This document shows, in pieces, positions 51,241-64,000 of a DNA stretch of 64,000 bases. Numbering within the stretch: position 1 is the first letter of the stretch; each line of letters begins with the position of its first letter. The translations under genes and the position numbers were made by a program. This stretch comes from Camelus ferus (lineage: Eukaryota): NCBI RefSeq assembly GCF_009834535.1, contig NC_045696.1, forward strand, positions 67,210,001 to 67,274,000, given 5' to 3'. The notes under the pieces are model-generated. The model searched no databases. It was not told the origin of the DNA and was given only the letters and a program-made list of their open reading frames with translations.

Positions 51241-54200
51241 AATGGAACAAATAAAAGTTGAAAAAACAGATCCAGACCTAAGCACAGTCATTGCATTTAG
51301 ACCTACTGCCCGGCTTTGGAACCGAGGGAATGAAATATTTTGTACAGTCATGTATCTGAAAAAAAGTCGTTGGTGAGGGGAGGTGGCAGATGCAGATGAG
51401 CAAAACAAAAGGAGGAACTTACTATTTACTAAGTGTGGGGCACAAGGGCCCTGTTGAGCAGTTAATGTATTTGTGTCATTTAGTTCTCACAACAGCTCTC
51501 CTGTTGATGGCTGGAGAAACAAGAGTGACTAACTTGCCCAAGGCACTCAGATGGTCTAATCCTAAAGCCTGTGCTGTTTCCCCTTGGCTTACTGTTTCTT
51601 GTAACAAAAGAAAGGGGAGAGAGGCAAGCCTCTTCCCCTAACCCTGCCCTCCACAAGGATCACACACCAGATTACTTCTGCAGTTATCTGTAATAAATAA
51701 ACAAAAGCTAACACCTCCTATGTGTCTCCATGTGCTGGTCCACGAATAGGTACTTTGCACACATGGTCCTAAATTTTCCCGACCATCCCATGAGGTGGGT
51801 GTTACAAACGTCATTATGGGGATGAATCTGAAATGCAGTGATAGGTCCAGGGTCATGCCACAGTGCAAAGCCAAAAATCTAACCCGGTTCTAGAGAGATG
51901 CTCATTTAATGAAACCTCGTTGCCTCTTCTCCACAGATTCTAGGCATCAGTGCTGTATTAAAGGAATACAGAAGCTCAAAAAAAAAAAAGAAAAAAAAAA
52001 TCACCCTAGCCGGACTCATTGTCTTGAATATGAAGGACACAATAAGACTTTCCCATTTGGTGATCTAAAGTTCTGTCCCCCGGAGAAAAATGTATATGGA
52101 AACAGGCCCGGCAGGAGGAGAGAGGGGACACCACCACGTCCTAGCGCTCCCTCCGAGCTTTCACCTTCCCCTGGAGGTCTTTTATTTTGACTCCTGTTGC
52201 CACAACCAAGCTAATCCCCATCTCCCTGGGTTGAGGCGGCGGGAGGATGAGAGAGAAATACTTCCTCTCTTTTCTTCTCAGCTCAAGGTGAGCATAATTT
52301 TTCTCCTTGTTTTTCTTAGCGCAACTGAGACAGGCTGACGTATTCAAGATGAAATTTACCAAACACTGAGAAAAACCTGAATGTAAATAAAGCGAATAAC
52401 AACAGCACAACAAGGATGACTGATCCCAAGGCTTCTAATCGAAGAAGGGGTTTACTGAGCACTAAATTCTACTGCATTCCCCTGGCCAAAGGTCATCTTA
52501 AGTAGTATACAAGCACCTGGCAGGGGGTCCCCCTTGACACCCATGTAGGTTTATCTTCCTATAGTGAAGAAGAAATCACCCAATCAAATCCCCAGGATCA
52601 ACTCACAGACTGCCTAGGGTCCTTCCACTCAATTTCATTCTTCTTTTAAAAAATTCAACTCATAGATCATTTGCCAAGAGGTCCTAACTTACAGCCCAGA
52701 CATTGATAAGTCCCAATCAAGTCTGCAGTCCGTCTTGGTTCAGGCTGACAACTCCACCCGCTTCCTTCTCAGCACTCAGTCGAGCCCTTCACCCATCTGC
52801 CCACCCACCCACCACAGAGGTCTTCCTTTAGAACTTGAATTTCAGAGTTTATTATGATACAAAGCAGAGTGTGGCAATGTCTGAGAAGGCACCTCCTGTA
52901 CTCCTTTGCAGCGAGCACAAGACAGATGGCTGTGGATCTTTGCAACTCATGAACCCCGCAGAAAAATTCCATCAAAGCATCACCTACCGTATTAGAGTTT
53001 ATCCCAGGGCCATGGGTATGAATTTGTAGTACCTGAGAAAAACAGATGTCCTATGTCTAATTTCGCATCCCACGTTGCACTTCCAAGACCAAGAGCAACA
53101 CATAAGAAAGTTACAGAACACCAGCCACTGAATCAGATCACTCCTGGTGGGGCTCGTGGCTGACTTCAGGTTGCTGGTAATGACAGTGACAAGGACATGT
53201 AGATAGCAGTGTCAGCGTGAGCAAACACTGCTGCCCTGCATTAGCGCAGCTGTCTATAGTCTATGACAGCTTCCCACCTCTCATCGCTACTGGGCCTCCC
53301 GTCCGTTCTAAGAAATTACCAGAACAGGGCGTGTAACTCTGCCGTTCCTTCTTCCCAGCCTGCTCCTCCAGAACCATCTCTCACTTCCCCCTCGTTTCCC
53401 GTCTATTACTTGACGTACCACACTGTTCACACTTCTCTGCTTCTGCCCCTCCTCTTCCCACTACCTGAGCGCCGTCTCCATCTCTTCCTTTACCTGGTGA
53501 GATGTGCCACCCTCCGGCCTCTTCCTTGGCAAACCTTTTGTAGTTCTCAGAGTTGGTTCTTCCCTTTCTTATCTTTTTATTTGAAAGGCTGGAAAGAAAC
53601 TTAATTTAAGTGCATTGCTCAGATTAATTACCATTTTAAGTATTTTTTAAAGAGTATACTCTGATTTAGCATTGAAGGGAAAAGTTTTGGGCATAGACTG
53701 GCACAGACCCCGGGCAGCAGGGTGCAAACGTGGTGTGAGTGAAGCACATTTTATCATTATAGGAATAACTGCCAGCTCCTTTGAAGAAAATTTTGGAGAC
53801 AATCAACTTTATTATCTTAACAGCTTTCACAATAATCCTTTTTCAGAAGAAAATTGCCTTTGTCTAGGCCAAAAAGAAAAAAAACAAAAACAAAAACACC
53901 TTGATAGGCTCCTGGGATAGAAACTGTGCTTCTGAGGACAACTTCAGAGAGATGGGCAAAGCTCTGCAGTGAGAACGAGAGTCATTTGAATTATTCCTCA
54001 GAAGAGAAAAGAAGACAGCAGAGCTGGGAAGAGAAGGGAAAGAGGTGGAACCTGACGTGATGGAGGCACACTGAGCTGAGTGCAGGGAGGCCAGGCCAGC
54101 TCCGTGTCGGGAGGAACAATAGGTTAAAAGAGGTGGTGCCTGCCCTTCCCAAGTGAAGGTATTAAAAGGCTTTAGCTCCACTTGACCTCTTGCAGCCTCA

Positions 54201-56024
54201 GTTTCCCCAGCTGTTCAAAGAGAGTAATACTGAAGCCCAGTTGGCAAGGGCTGTCTGAGGGACTGAGTGATAAAAATCAGTAAGGAGAGTTTGAAAACTG
54301 GGAAACAATGCTGGTCACTGTTTCCTACATGACCTGGTTCGAGGGACTCCTCAGTGCTGATGGTGAGTGACGATGATGCTGACATTCGGTATCTTTTCCA
54401 TTATGAAAGGTTTGGCCAGAGCCTTTGTTTTATAAATACAGTCCCTGAGAGCCAGAAGAGGGATAACACATTAATGAGGTCCCACAGTAAATAGATAATA
54501 TCCTTTTAATCCATTTGCTTATTTATTCAAGCCTTTATTAGTCTGGAGAAAACGCATTGCACAATCCGTGGCACCAGTAACTCAGTCTCTGGTGCTGTTA
54601 GACAGGTCAGATCCCCCAGCCACGCAGGAGAGAGAAGGGGAGAATTTATGAGAGCTCCTGTCATGTAACCCCAGCAGGCTGCAGCGTGTCCACCTGGCCC
54701 GGGGGGGAGATGGGGAGCATGTGCACAAGGCAGATCTGCCCATCCTCCCGGGAAGCTGCAGGACAGTGTTTTGTTTTGTATTTTATTTTCATGGAAACAT
54801 CCTCCCAGAGGGTGAAGGATGCCTGCCGCACTCCCTAGACAGACTCATCACTTCCTTCTTTGTTTTTTCCACTCCTTGTTATCTTTCACCAAAAGCCATC
54901 ATGAGGCAAATCAGAACAGAAGGTGGCCGGAACCTGCCCTGCGTGTCTGCCTCACAGAGCTCCAGGCCAGAAGGAGGCTGCCCCTCACTCAGTTCCTGGC
55001 ATTTGATGTCCAGTCTGGAAAGGAAGTGTGGCCATCTGCCTTGGACTGTATTGAATAGAGTCTCACTGCTCAGCCCTGTGGATGTGTGAATCATGGACCA
55101 GTTGGAATAGAAACAAGCCCTGTAATGCAGCCTAAGAAGTGCGAGCTCCAGGGTCAGAATAAAACTCAATAGGATGTCAGGGAAGAGGAGATGAGAGAAG
55201 GATGTCAGCGCCTGATCCTCGGGACCCAAGTCAGCAGAGGAGATGGCTGAATGCTCGTTTAAGCTTCTCTCTAAGACACACAGCTGATACCAGTGCCAAC
55301 CAGAGAACGAGGTTCAAGGGGGCTTGTTGAAAGCATTGGCCCCAGCATCCTCAATGTACAGATGAGAAAACTGAGGCTGCAAATGAGAGAGTGACAGCAG
55401 GGGAGTAGCAGAGCCAGAGTCAGAACTGGGCATCCCATCTCCCTGGCCTGTCGCCCCCCTCACTGCTCTCCTGTGACCCTCATCCCTGGCTGAGGATGGC
55501 CAAAGATGTGCGGTGCCTGTAAGTGGCTGTCTCAGTGATGCTCTGTGCAAAGACTCTACCCCACGGCCCGAGAATCCCACCAGCAGACCATCAACAGGCC
55601 TCCAGATAATACAGTTTACGTCAAAACAACTTTTATTTCCTGAGTGTTTTCTCAGTTGTGCCTTAAAATAAAATATATGTGTCTAATCTCATCCAGCTCA
55701 GTGCTGCCTGCTGCCATCGGAGAACGGGAGGAAGTGCTGATGGAGAGAAGCTGCAGAGAGAGTGCGAAACTCTGCCGGGAAATTCAGGGAAGGGTGATGG
55801 CAGCGGAGAAACCCATCTGATCAGCCGAGCTGGGTGCATCTCCCATGAATGTCATCCTGGCTCAGCTCCCTGGCATAGCACGAGAGAAAGGGCACGGCCA
55901 GATGGACCTGGTCTCACTGTCGCACAGAGCAGGTCTTCCCCATCACAGTCAAGGACACTCCCTCCTCCCAGTTGCTCCGTCACTGACTCTTGAAGTTACC
56001 CCCGACTCTCTCTTTCTCCCATTT

Positions 56025-56478
56025 TGCATCAGTTCCATCAGTAAACTTGCTGGCTTTAATGCCACAATATAGTTTATACTTGACACAATTCCTTTTGTCT
56101 TATAGTGCTGGAGGTCAGAAGTCTGCATGGCTGCATTCCTTTTGGAAGCTTGAGGGGGAATACCTCTTTTTTGGCTTTTCAAAGAAGCTTCTAGAAGCCA
56201 GCTCCATTCCTGGCCCCATGGTCCATTCCTCTAGCACCAAAGCTGGCAGCATAGCATCTTCTCTCTCTGCCTCTTCTCTCCTCACATCGTCTATTCTCTT
56301 CTTAACTCCGCTGCTTTCCTCTTGTAAGGAACCTTGCGATTAACTACACTGGGCTCACCCAATGACCAGAACAACCTCCTCACCTCAAAGATCTTTAACC
56401 TTATCTGCAAAGTCCTTTTGCCATAAGGCTCTGGGGATTAGAACGTGGACACGTTTGGGGCCATGATTCAGTCTACAA
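56025..56478 (-). mobile_element. MLT1 (MaLR) solo LTR inserted in L2
   Basis: tagtgctggaggtcagaagtc...ttgtaaggaaccttgcgatt...atctgcaaagtccttttgcca...ggggattagaacgtggaca...tctaca. Confidence 0.85.
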
Positions 56479-56479
56479 A

Positions 56480-57295
56480 TCCCAGATCCGTTTCCTCAGC
56501 ACCTCCACAGCTACTCTCCCGATCTCAGCCTCCACTGTCACTCCCCTGGTTTACTGCAGTAACCTCCTAGCCAGTCTCCTTGCTTCTGCCATCTCTGTAC
56601 CATCACTGCCCTCCCCATGCACACATGATTTTTTCTAGAAACAGCAGCAGAGTGATTCATTTGAAATGTAAGTCAGATCATGTCAATCCTCTGTTGCATA
56701 TGTTTTATGGTCTCCAAAATCCCCATGACCTGGCCCAGTCTCCCTCTCTGGCCACTCTCTCCCTTGCTCACTCTGCCCCAACCACACTGGCCTCCATGTG
56801 GGTCCTTACGTGTGACAGGTGCACCCATGCCTCGTAGCAGATTCCCCCTGCTGTTCACTCCACCTGGGACACTCTTCTCCAGACACTCACACGGCCCCTT
56901 CTCTTCTCTCCTGTAGGTCTTTGATGAAATGTCACTGTCTTAGCAAGACCTAGCTTGATTGCCTAGCTGAAAATTGCAAGATCTTCATGATACAGTCACT
57001 TCCCTCCTCTCCTTCCCTGATTCATTTTTCTTTCTAGTATTTATCTAGTATTCTTTCTAGTATTTATCTTTCTAGTATTTTTCTTTATTTAGTACTTATC
57101 TTGATTTATACTACAGGATTTACCTATCTGCTATTTTCTGCCTCTTTCCCCTCCCCACAGACACACAGACACAGAGAAATGCACCCTGCACGAGGGCAGG
57201 GATTTTTGCCCGTTGGCTCACAGCTGAAATATGACCACCTAGAATACCTAACACACAGTAGGCACTCAACAAATATCTGATGAATAAATAAAGAA
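56480..57295 (+). mobile_element. L2 LINE remnant
   Basis: aaatgtaagtcagatcatgtca...; 3' end cacacagtaggcactcaacaaatatctgatgaataaa. Confidence 0.85.
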
Positions 57296-59248
57296 AGGGT
57301 CTTAACCTCTCTGAATCAATGAATGAAGTTACTTCTCTGGGCCTCAGTTTTTGTAACGGGGAAAATGGGAGTAACAATAATTCGTTTCGCAAGGTTTTCA
57401 GGAGGTGTTCTGCACCCAACCTTTCTTCCTATTTCTGAAGAATGTCCCACGATGTGAGTTATGGATGAGATGAAATGCCTTCTTCCCACTCAAGAAATAA
57501 AAGAGTTTCCCTCTCATTTGGTTAATGGATATATGATCTAGATTTGGCCAACAAGTGCTTCTAATCAGAGGACTGGCTTTGGAAGGATGATAGGATCGAC
57601 TGCCAGTGGCTTTGGCAGGGTCCAGTGGCGTCTGGACACGGTGCTTTCCTGGCTGGTCAGTTACGGCTGAAAGACCCTCACCGCACTGAGCGTCTTCTAA
57701 GACTTGGTCCTCTTGGGCTGTTAAGAGGTCCACTTGGCGCTCTAAGGCTGCTTTGACTTCTGCCAATCGTCCAAATCTGCTCCTGCTACTTCTCCTGAAT
57801 CAGTCAGCCTTCTAAACCTTCCAGTTAGCTCCTCTGTGGTCAACAGTAGCAGAGTCTGAGTTGCCTGCAGTCAAGCCGCCTGCAGTAGACTCTAGGGGGT
57901 CCTTGAATAGAGGCGACTCGTGCCCCACCTAGATCCCATTTGCCAGCTGGTACACCCTCTTGCAGTCCAGCCCCGCAGGATGATGCAGCCAACAGCTTAC
58001 ACACTTGATTTTCAACCTCCCAGAGACACTTGAGAGGTCATCCCATCCCTCACCTCTTATATTCAGTGACTGGCAGATCCAGGAGTCAAGAAGCCCAGGC
58101 CTCTTGCTTCAAGTTGGCACCGCTCTCCAGTGTGAATTATACGTCAGACCACCCCCGAATCAGAACAAATCTCGAGGTCACCTGAGATCACGTTGCTGCT
58201 CGGCTCTCCCCTGCCCTGTGCTGCTCTCCTCATTCTCTTGGAGATCTGTTCGACAGAGCACGCCCTCGATGAACCATGTGTACTCAGATCCCGTCTCGGT
58301 TTCTGCTTCTAGGGAACTGGAATTAAACAGATCTCGAATGACAACAAGATGAGGAGAAATAAAATATTTATCTGAAACAATAGTAGCCAATGCCGGGCAC
58401 ATAAATGCCCAATCAGTGCTAAGGATGATATTTGTAAAAGTTTGGGGACCGTAAACTCACAGTCTGATATAAACTCCCACCCCATCTGTGTTGTGCTCTG
58501 ACGGTCAGAAGAAATATTTTCCTTAACTGAAAAGTTTTGTCCCAATATATGCCATGTTCCTTTGTTGTGTTTCTCCCCTATAGGGTGATCTGAGCCACGT
58601 TTGATACCACTGTCCTAAGATAGCTGTGCAAAGAAGTAGAGTAGAAATCCAGCTTCTTCTTAGGTGTTCTCGTCACCCAGTGAACATGCCTAGTGGAGCA
58701 GATGTGACGGCCTCACCATCAGACAGTCCTTTGTAAAGGAAGCTGCCCTCATGCCGTCTTCACTGAGTGATGGAGTTTCCCTCCAGGTTTAGGAGCAGGT
58801 ATGTGTATAGGCTAGAACCTGCTTCTGGCTGAAGCTGATTAGACCTGGATGTGCCCGTGTCCCAAGGGGTTGCCAAAATATAGGCGAATCAGCAACTTGA
58901 AGAAAGCAATCTCCACACCCAGCCGCCCTGGTAATTGACGCAGCCATCAGATTACGTCTCTCCAGACTTTGTAATAAGGACTAAGTGACGAAGCTGGGCA
59001 GCATGAAGAGAAAAGAGTCAGTTCTACGAGACGCAGAACTGATGGTAGCTGAGTTGCACCGAAGGTGAGGCCCAAGGTCAGGGGAGGTGTGGCCCTGGGG
59101 CAGGTCTAGGTCGGTCTGGTGGGTCCAGAACACCTGCCCACTCCAGGCACTGTGAGGCCTGATGGGTAAGGTTTGCCTGGCTTCCAGGCAACCCAGAGGC
59201 TTGTTTCCACATGTGCGTAGCCTTAAAATTAATGCTTCATCCTTTGAT

Positions 59249-59330
59249 TTCTTTTTTTATGAATTACAGTTAACACACAATGCTGTGTTAGTCTCTGGTG
59301 TACAGCATAGTGATTCAGTTACACACACAC

Positions 59331-59379
<49 letters not shown>

Positions 59380-59427
59380 TTTTCATCATAGGTTACTACA
59401 AGATATTGAATATAGTTCCCTGTGCTA
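59249..59427 (-). mobile_element. L1 3'UTR fragment with internal (CA)/(TA) expansion
   Basis: Reverse match to the 3'UTR of the 33380 L1 (aagatattgaatatagttccctgtgcta). Microsatellite at 59321-59376. TSD-like taatgcttcatcctttgat / taatccttcatgacttgat. Confidence 0.85.
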
Positions 59428-61619
59428 AAAAAAATAACAATAATCCTTCATGACTTGATCTACCTGGAGTGAGTTGCCCTTTCTCTCAACCAAGGGAGCT
59501 TAACAAGATTAGTAACTAGGTACAACATAGTGCCCTATTCTAAAGCCCTTTGCAATGCCTTGGTTTTAGCTATATTTAGGGCCAGTTTTGACTCTTCATA
59601 ATACATCTCCAACGTCCTTACATTATGAAGTGAGAAGACTGGTGCTGGAATGTGTCTCAAGTCAAATCGGCTTCTTCTGCATCAGTGAGCGCCTAACAAC
59701 ACAGTGTCCTGGAGCTGCAGGACCCGCCTGCTCTTCTGAACGCTCAAACTCGCTGGGCCCCAAGGACCCACAGCACTAAGGGACTCAGTTTTGGAGGTAG
59801 CGCTTGCCATTTGAATTATTTACACTGATCTTTGCCTAGTCATTTTAAGAAAAGAATGGGAGCCAACACTGGACTTTTCTTAATTAAAATTACTCAGCAG
59901 TTTCAATCCAGAGATGGGGGCTTTTTTGATACCTGAGACAAAACCAAAGAAATCCATGGCATTGTCAGAGATGGAAGGTCCTGGAAAATCAATTTCCTCA
60001 TTTCACAAACGGGAAAATTGAGGTCCTAAGATGGGTGACTAACCTGGGGTCATGTGTGCAGAAACTGGGAGAGCCAGGGCACTAATACAGATGTCACAAC
60101 GTCCAGCCCCAGCTCTCTCCATCAACACCCACTCATCCCCGCCCTCAGGGAGCTACGGAGGCAGCTGAACAACCCTGGGTAATTATGTGACCAGCACTGC
60201 ATGGTGTTCACCAGCTTACTGATTTTCAAAATTATTCCAGAAAAAAAAATGTGACCATCTGGTGTTAAGGAAACTTTACCGAGGGTCCAAATGTCTTCCA
60301 TATCCATATGGGTTCTTATAAATACAGTGAAAATCCATTGAATAAGTAGTTATTGATCATGTGCTGTAAGCCAGTTTCCAAGCCAAGCACGGAAACCTTC
60401 TTCCCTCAGGGAGTTGAGAGTTTCAGGAAGAGAGACAAGCATGGAAACCAGCCGTTACAAATGAGTGAGACTGAGGCGTGGGTGTTCACGTAACATCGAG
60501 CTAGCAGAGACCCCCCCCCCCCACCGCCTTGCTGCTCTGCATCCAGGGCTATAGGCTGTTTCGTTACCATTTTCTCTAATAAAACAGAGACGAGCCCTAA
60601 CCCACTCATTCTAAAATGTGATATTCACTCGGATATTGTTTATTGAACTTGGCACGGGGTACCTAAAAGGACACTGGCCAGCATGTCCTCAGGAAAATAA
60701 CAATTAACTCAAGTGATGCAGGCAAGAGTGGACGCAAATGTTGTGGTTCAACCATGTGAAAAATCCTGTGTCAACCATCAAGCACTGGGAAAAGTCTGAG
60801 GGGACATGAACAGCTTTTTGTGAAAGCCTCCAAGAAAAGGTGGGGGCCTGAGCTGGAAAGATGTGGCAGATGTCAACTGCCAGATGGCAAGAAGGAGGCA
60901 GTTCCGGACACAAGCTTGAAGCAGAGAAGTTAGTGTGGGAAGGTGAGAGCAAACTGACCCCATCGAGCAGAAAGAGTGGGCAAGGCGTGAGGAAAGACAG
61001 GGAGCATGAGAAGGACTGAGAGGAAATGCTGTCGGGTGGGTGGAATTTGTGTTTTTGCATCTGAAAGCGGAGATCAGAAAGGGCAGGAAGATAACCACGC
61101 TGGTGCGGCAAAGCAGCCTTTGGCCATCAGAGAGCCAGTCATTCCTGATCAGTCCTTGGACTGAAATCTCTCTCCTGGTGGCAAATGCCACCCGGAGGCA
61201 AGGTGTCTTTACAGAACAGAAAGGCCTGCAGCTCTCCATCATTCAGCCACTCGTCAGAAGGCGCTTGAACACTTTCCCAGAGTGCAGGTTTTAGAATGAA
61301 AGAAACAATTTGCATGCCATTAGTAAGAGCCAGAAGATGCCTTCTGAAAATTCCGTCATAGATGGTCTGTGGGTTACGGATGGCTCTTATGCTGTAGATA
61401 CTGAATGTGAGTTAATATGTCATGCGGTAGACAAAGGATGCTTAAAGGACGCTGCGGAGATGGCTGGTCCTTAGTCATCTTCCCACATATGCCCTTTAGC
61501 AATGAGGGCCGGGCTTCGGGGACATAAGCTATGAGTTTAAGAAAGTTAATTTATTCATAAAATGGGGGTTACCATAAAATGAGGTTTTCAGAACTGCAAG
61601 CAGCTCTAGTAAAAAGGAG

Positions 61620-62100
61620 AGGAAAGAAGTCAATCTGAAAAGGCTAGATTACTGTATGATACTCTGAAAAAGGCAAAACTTTGGAGACAGTAAAAAGGTC
61701 AGTGGTTGCCAAAGAGTAGGGAAGGGGTGAATAGGCAGAGCACAGGAGTACTTTCAGGGCAGTGAAAATGCTCTATATGATGCTGCAGTAGTGGATATGT
61801 GTCTCTACACATTTGCCCGCCCCCACAGAACGTGTAACACGAAGAGCGAACCCTAACGCAGACTGTGGACGTCGGTTGATCACGCCGTGTCAGTGAGGTC
61901 CATCAGTGTAAGAAATGTACTAGTCTGGTGAGGGGTGAGGGTAATGGGGGAGGTTCTGCATGTGTGGTGGCTGGGAGTGTATGTGAAATCTTTCTAAATT
62001 CCTCTTCATTTTGCTGTGAACATAAATCTGCTCTTAAAAATTGCAGTATTTAAATTAAAAAAAGTAACAATCTTTTGATTAATTAAAAAGACAGAAAAAA
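61620..62100 (+). mobile_element. L1MC-like 3'UTR fragment
   Basis: gaaagaagtcaatctgaaaaggct...aaaaggcaaaactttggagacagtaaaaaggtcagtggttgcc...ttttgctgtgaacataaatctgctcttaaaaa. Confidence 0.85.
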
Positions 62101-62477
62101 GATCTAGAACCTAATATACGAAGACTCATGTCACAGGAAGGACAGGATGTAGTTACGTCTAAAACCAGGGCAGGGATGAGCGTGTCAGCTAAGGGACCCT
62201 CCAGAGTGGCAGGTGCCGGACCTTCTTCCAGCTTCTGTCTATAGCTTCTTTCCCATGGTCCTTTCTCATCAGCCAGACTACTAACAACTCACACTTTTTT
62301 CACTCTTAAAATGGTGCTTTTCAAGTTATAATTACTTGGCAGTAGGTCACGTTCTTCCATTACGCTGGGAGCTCTTCAAGGGCAGGATCCGTATTTTGTT
62401 CATCGCTGCTTCATTAACCAACCGGAGGGAAGCCTGGCCCCTTCTCAGAGCTTGTGGAGGGAACCTTCTCATTCAAG

Positions 62478-62512
62478 CTGCAATGACCAGTAGTTCCCAC
62501 CAGATGGCAGTG
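62478..62512 (+). promoter_or_regulatory. CTCF binding motif with upstream module
   Basis: CCACCAGATGGCAG (62497-62510) fits CCASYAGRKGGCRS exactly. CTGCAAT at 62478-62484 sits 12 nt upstream. Confidence 0.65.
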
Positions 62513-63539
62513 CGTGGACGTTTTTCCCTTACCAATCAGAAGGGAGGGGACGGTTTCCGGCAAGTTGCCTTTTATCTCTGTCCTTGCGGACAAACAAATC
62601 TTTGCAGACATGGGGACTTGTGACTGGGCGGGAGAATTCACGTCGCTGAATCAGAACCTCAGGCGGCCTTTATACTCCCTAGATACCGCCTCTCTCCGAA
62701 AACATTCCTCCCGAAGGCTGAGAAAGGAGTATACTGTTTTGTGTTCTAAGACGGAGAAGCTGGGCGTTGAGTTTGACTGTGACAGGCACAAGGTGACCAT
62801 CTTTTCAGCACTTAGGGAAAATGGCTACCAACACCCACTGATTGCTGCCATCTGTTGAGGTTCCTTAACCCCCTGCCCACCCCCATCTGTCAGACCCAGG
62901 CAGCAAGCAAAAGTCAGCCAAACACACCAGCTTACTTCTGAAGACAGCATCTCCCCTGGGTTCCTGCCTCTTTCCCCACTCCAGAGCAGCAGACTGGTCA
63001 GGCCAGGGGACCTGCAAGGGTTCTGAGTGCAGAATCCCTCACCTCTTCACCTGGGAACATGCGCTCTGCTCGGGAGTGTCTCAGAAGCAAAGGACTCCCA
63101 AATGAAAGACGTCCCCAGTCTAAACGAAAAGCATTGAGAAACATCCCTGAAAGATCTCCCAAACTGAAAAAGCCCAAAGGCAAAAAAAAAAAAAAAAAGC
63201 CTCATCTTTTCACTTCCTTCTGTTTCTGTGTATCTCTCTCCTCACCCCCATCCAGGAAGGCAGGAGTCTACACTGACTGCAATTTTGAGATCTTCCATTT
63301 TGTTTCTACCATCGTCCAAGATGCTCCAGCTCCTCCTAAGGTGTTCTGTTCATAAGGACCTCTCTCCTTCCTTCAGTGCTAGAGAGGAGGTTATAGTGGA
63401 CTATGAGCCAAGAAGATTCCAGAGAGCTCAACTTCTTTTACCCAAACAAGGCTCTCTGTTCTAAGGGGTTCTCCCAGGAGATGGGACTCGATGGCTAATC
63501 CTGCCCCACCCTGGGCAACATGCCTCAACCAATGGAGAA

Positions 63540-63790
63540 TCTGGTGGTTAAGACACAAGTTCTGGAGTCCGCAGATCTGGGTCGGATTTTGGCTCTGTCA
63601 CATCCTAGCAGGGTGACTGACCCTGGGTGGATTGCCTAGCCTCTCCAAATCTTAGCTTCCTCATCTATAGAATGGGGAAAGTGTCTCCATACCTCAGAGG
63701 GATGTTGCGCCGATTAAATGACAACGGCGTGCAAAGTGTTTAGCTCAGTACCCACGCAAGGTGTGCTAAATAAATGCCAGCAACTAGCAT
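63540..63790 (+). mobile_element. MIR SINE (near full length)
   Basis: gtggttaaga...tctggagtc...cttagcttcctcatctatagaatgggga...tacctcagagggatgttg...gattaaatga. Confidence 0.85.
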
Positions 63791-64000
63791 TAGCAGAAAT
63801 ACCCCACAGAAGACGCAGCTCCCTAGAAGTAATTCATGGTGTTGCACTCAGCACTGCTGCAGAAACGTACAAGAATCCAAAAGCTCTCCGTGAATCATGT
63901 CGGAACTCATTCCTCAAACGAGATCTGTATTGCCTTCATTTATTTATTCTTTCATTCAGGAGGACTTAACTCAGTATATAAGATGTGGCAAACTCAGGGG

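Overview
Mammalian genomic DNA, most likely camelid: two tRNA-derived SINEs match my recollection of the camelid Vic-1 family. The window is mostly intron and 5' region of TPRG1 (tumor protein p63-regulated gene 1, FAM79B) on the minus strand. Two coding exons are clear: 13367-13588 (MSTIGDFEGF...RKYFVTR) and 4102-4193 (PGAIETAMEDLKGHV...WLLT). The rest of the gene lies beyond the left edge. The remainder is ordinary eutherian repeat landscape: L1, L2, MIR, MLT/ERV LTRs, hAT and Tigger remnants, and microsatellites. Nearly all other ORF-track entries are chance ORFs. I found no convincing new biological system. The best leads are regulatory: an AP-1/KLF/GRHL-rich candidate promoter at about 45.1-46.6 kb, whose splice donor would put an ATG in frame with TPRG1; a second candidate upstream exon at about 40.9 kb; candidate p63 and CTCF sites; candidate truncating splice variants; and several clear retrotransposition scars. 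Family names and orthology come from memory rather than searches, and boundaries of old repeats are approximate.
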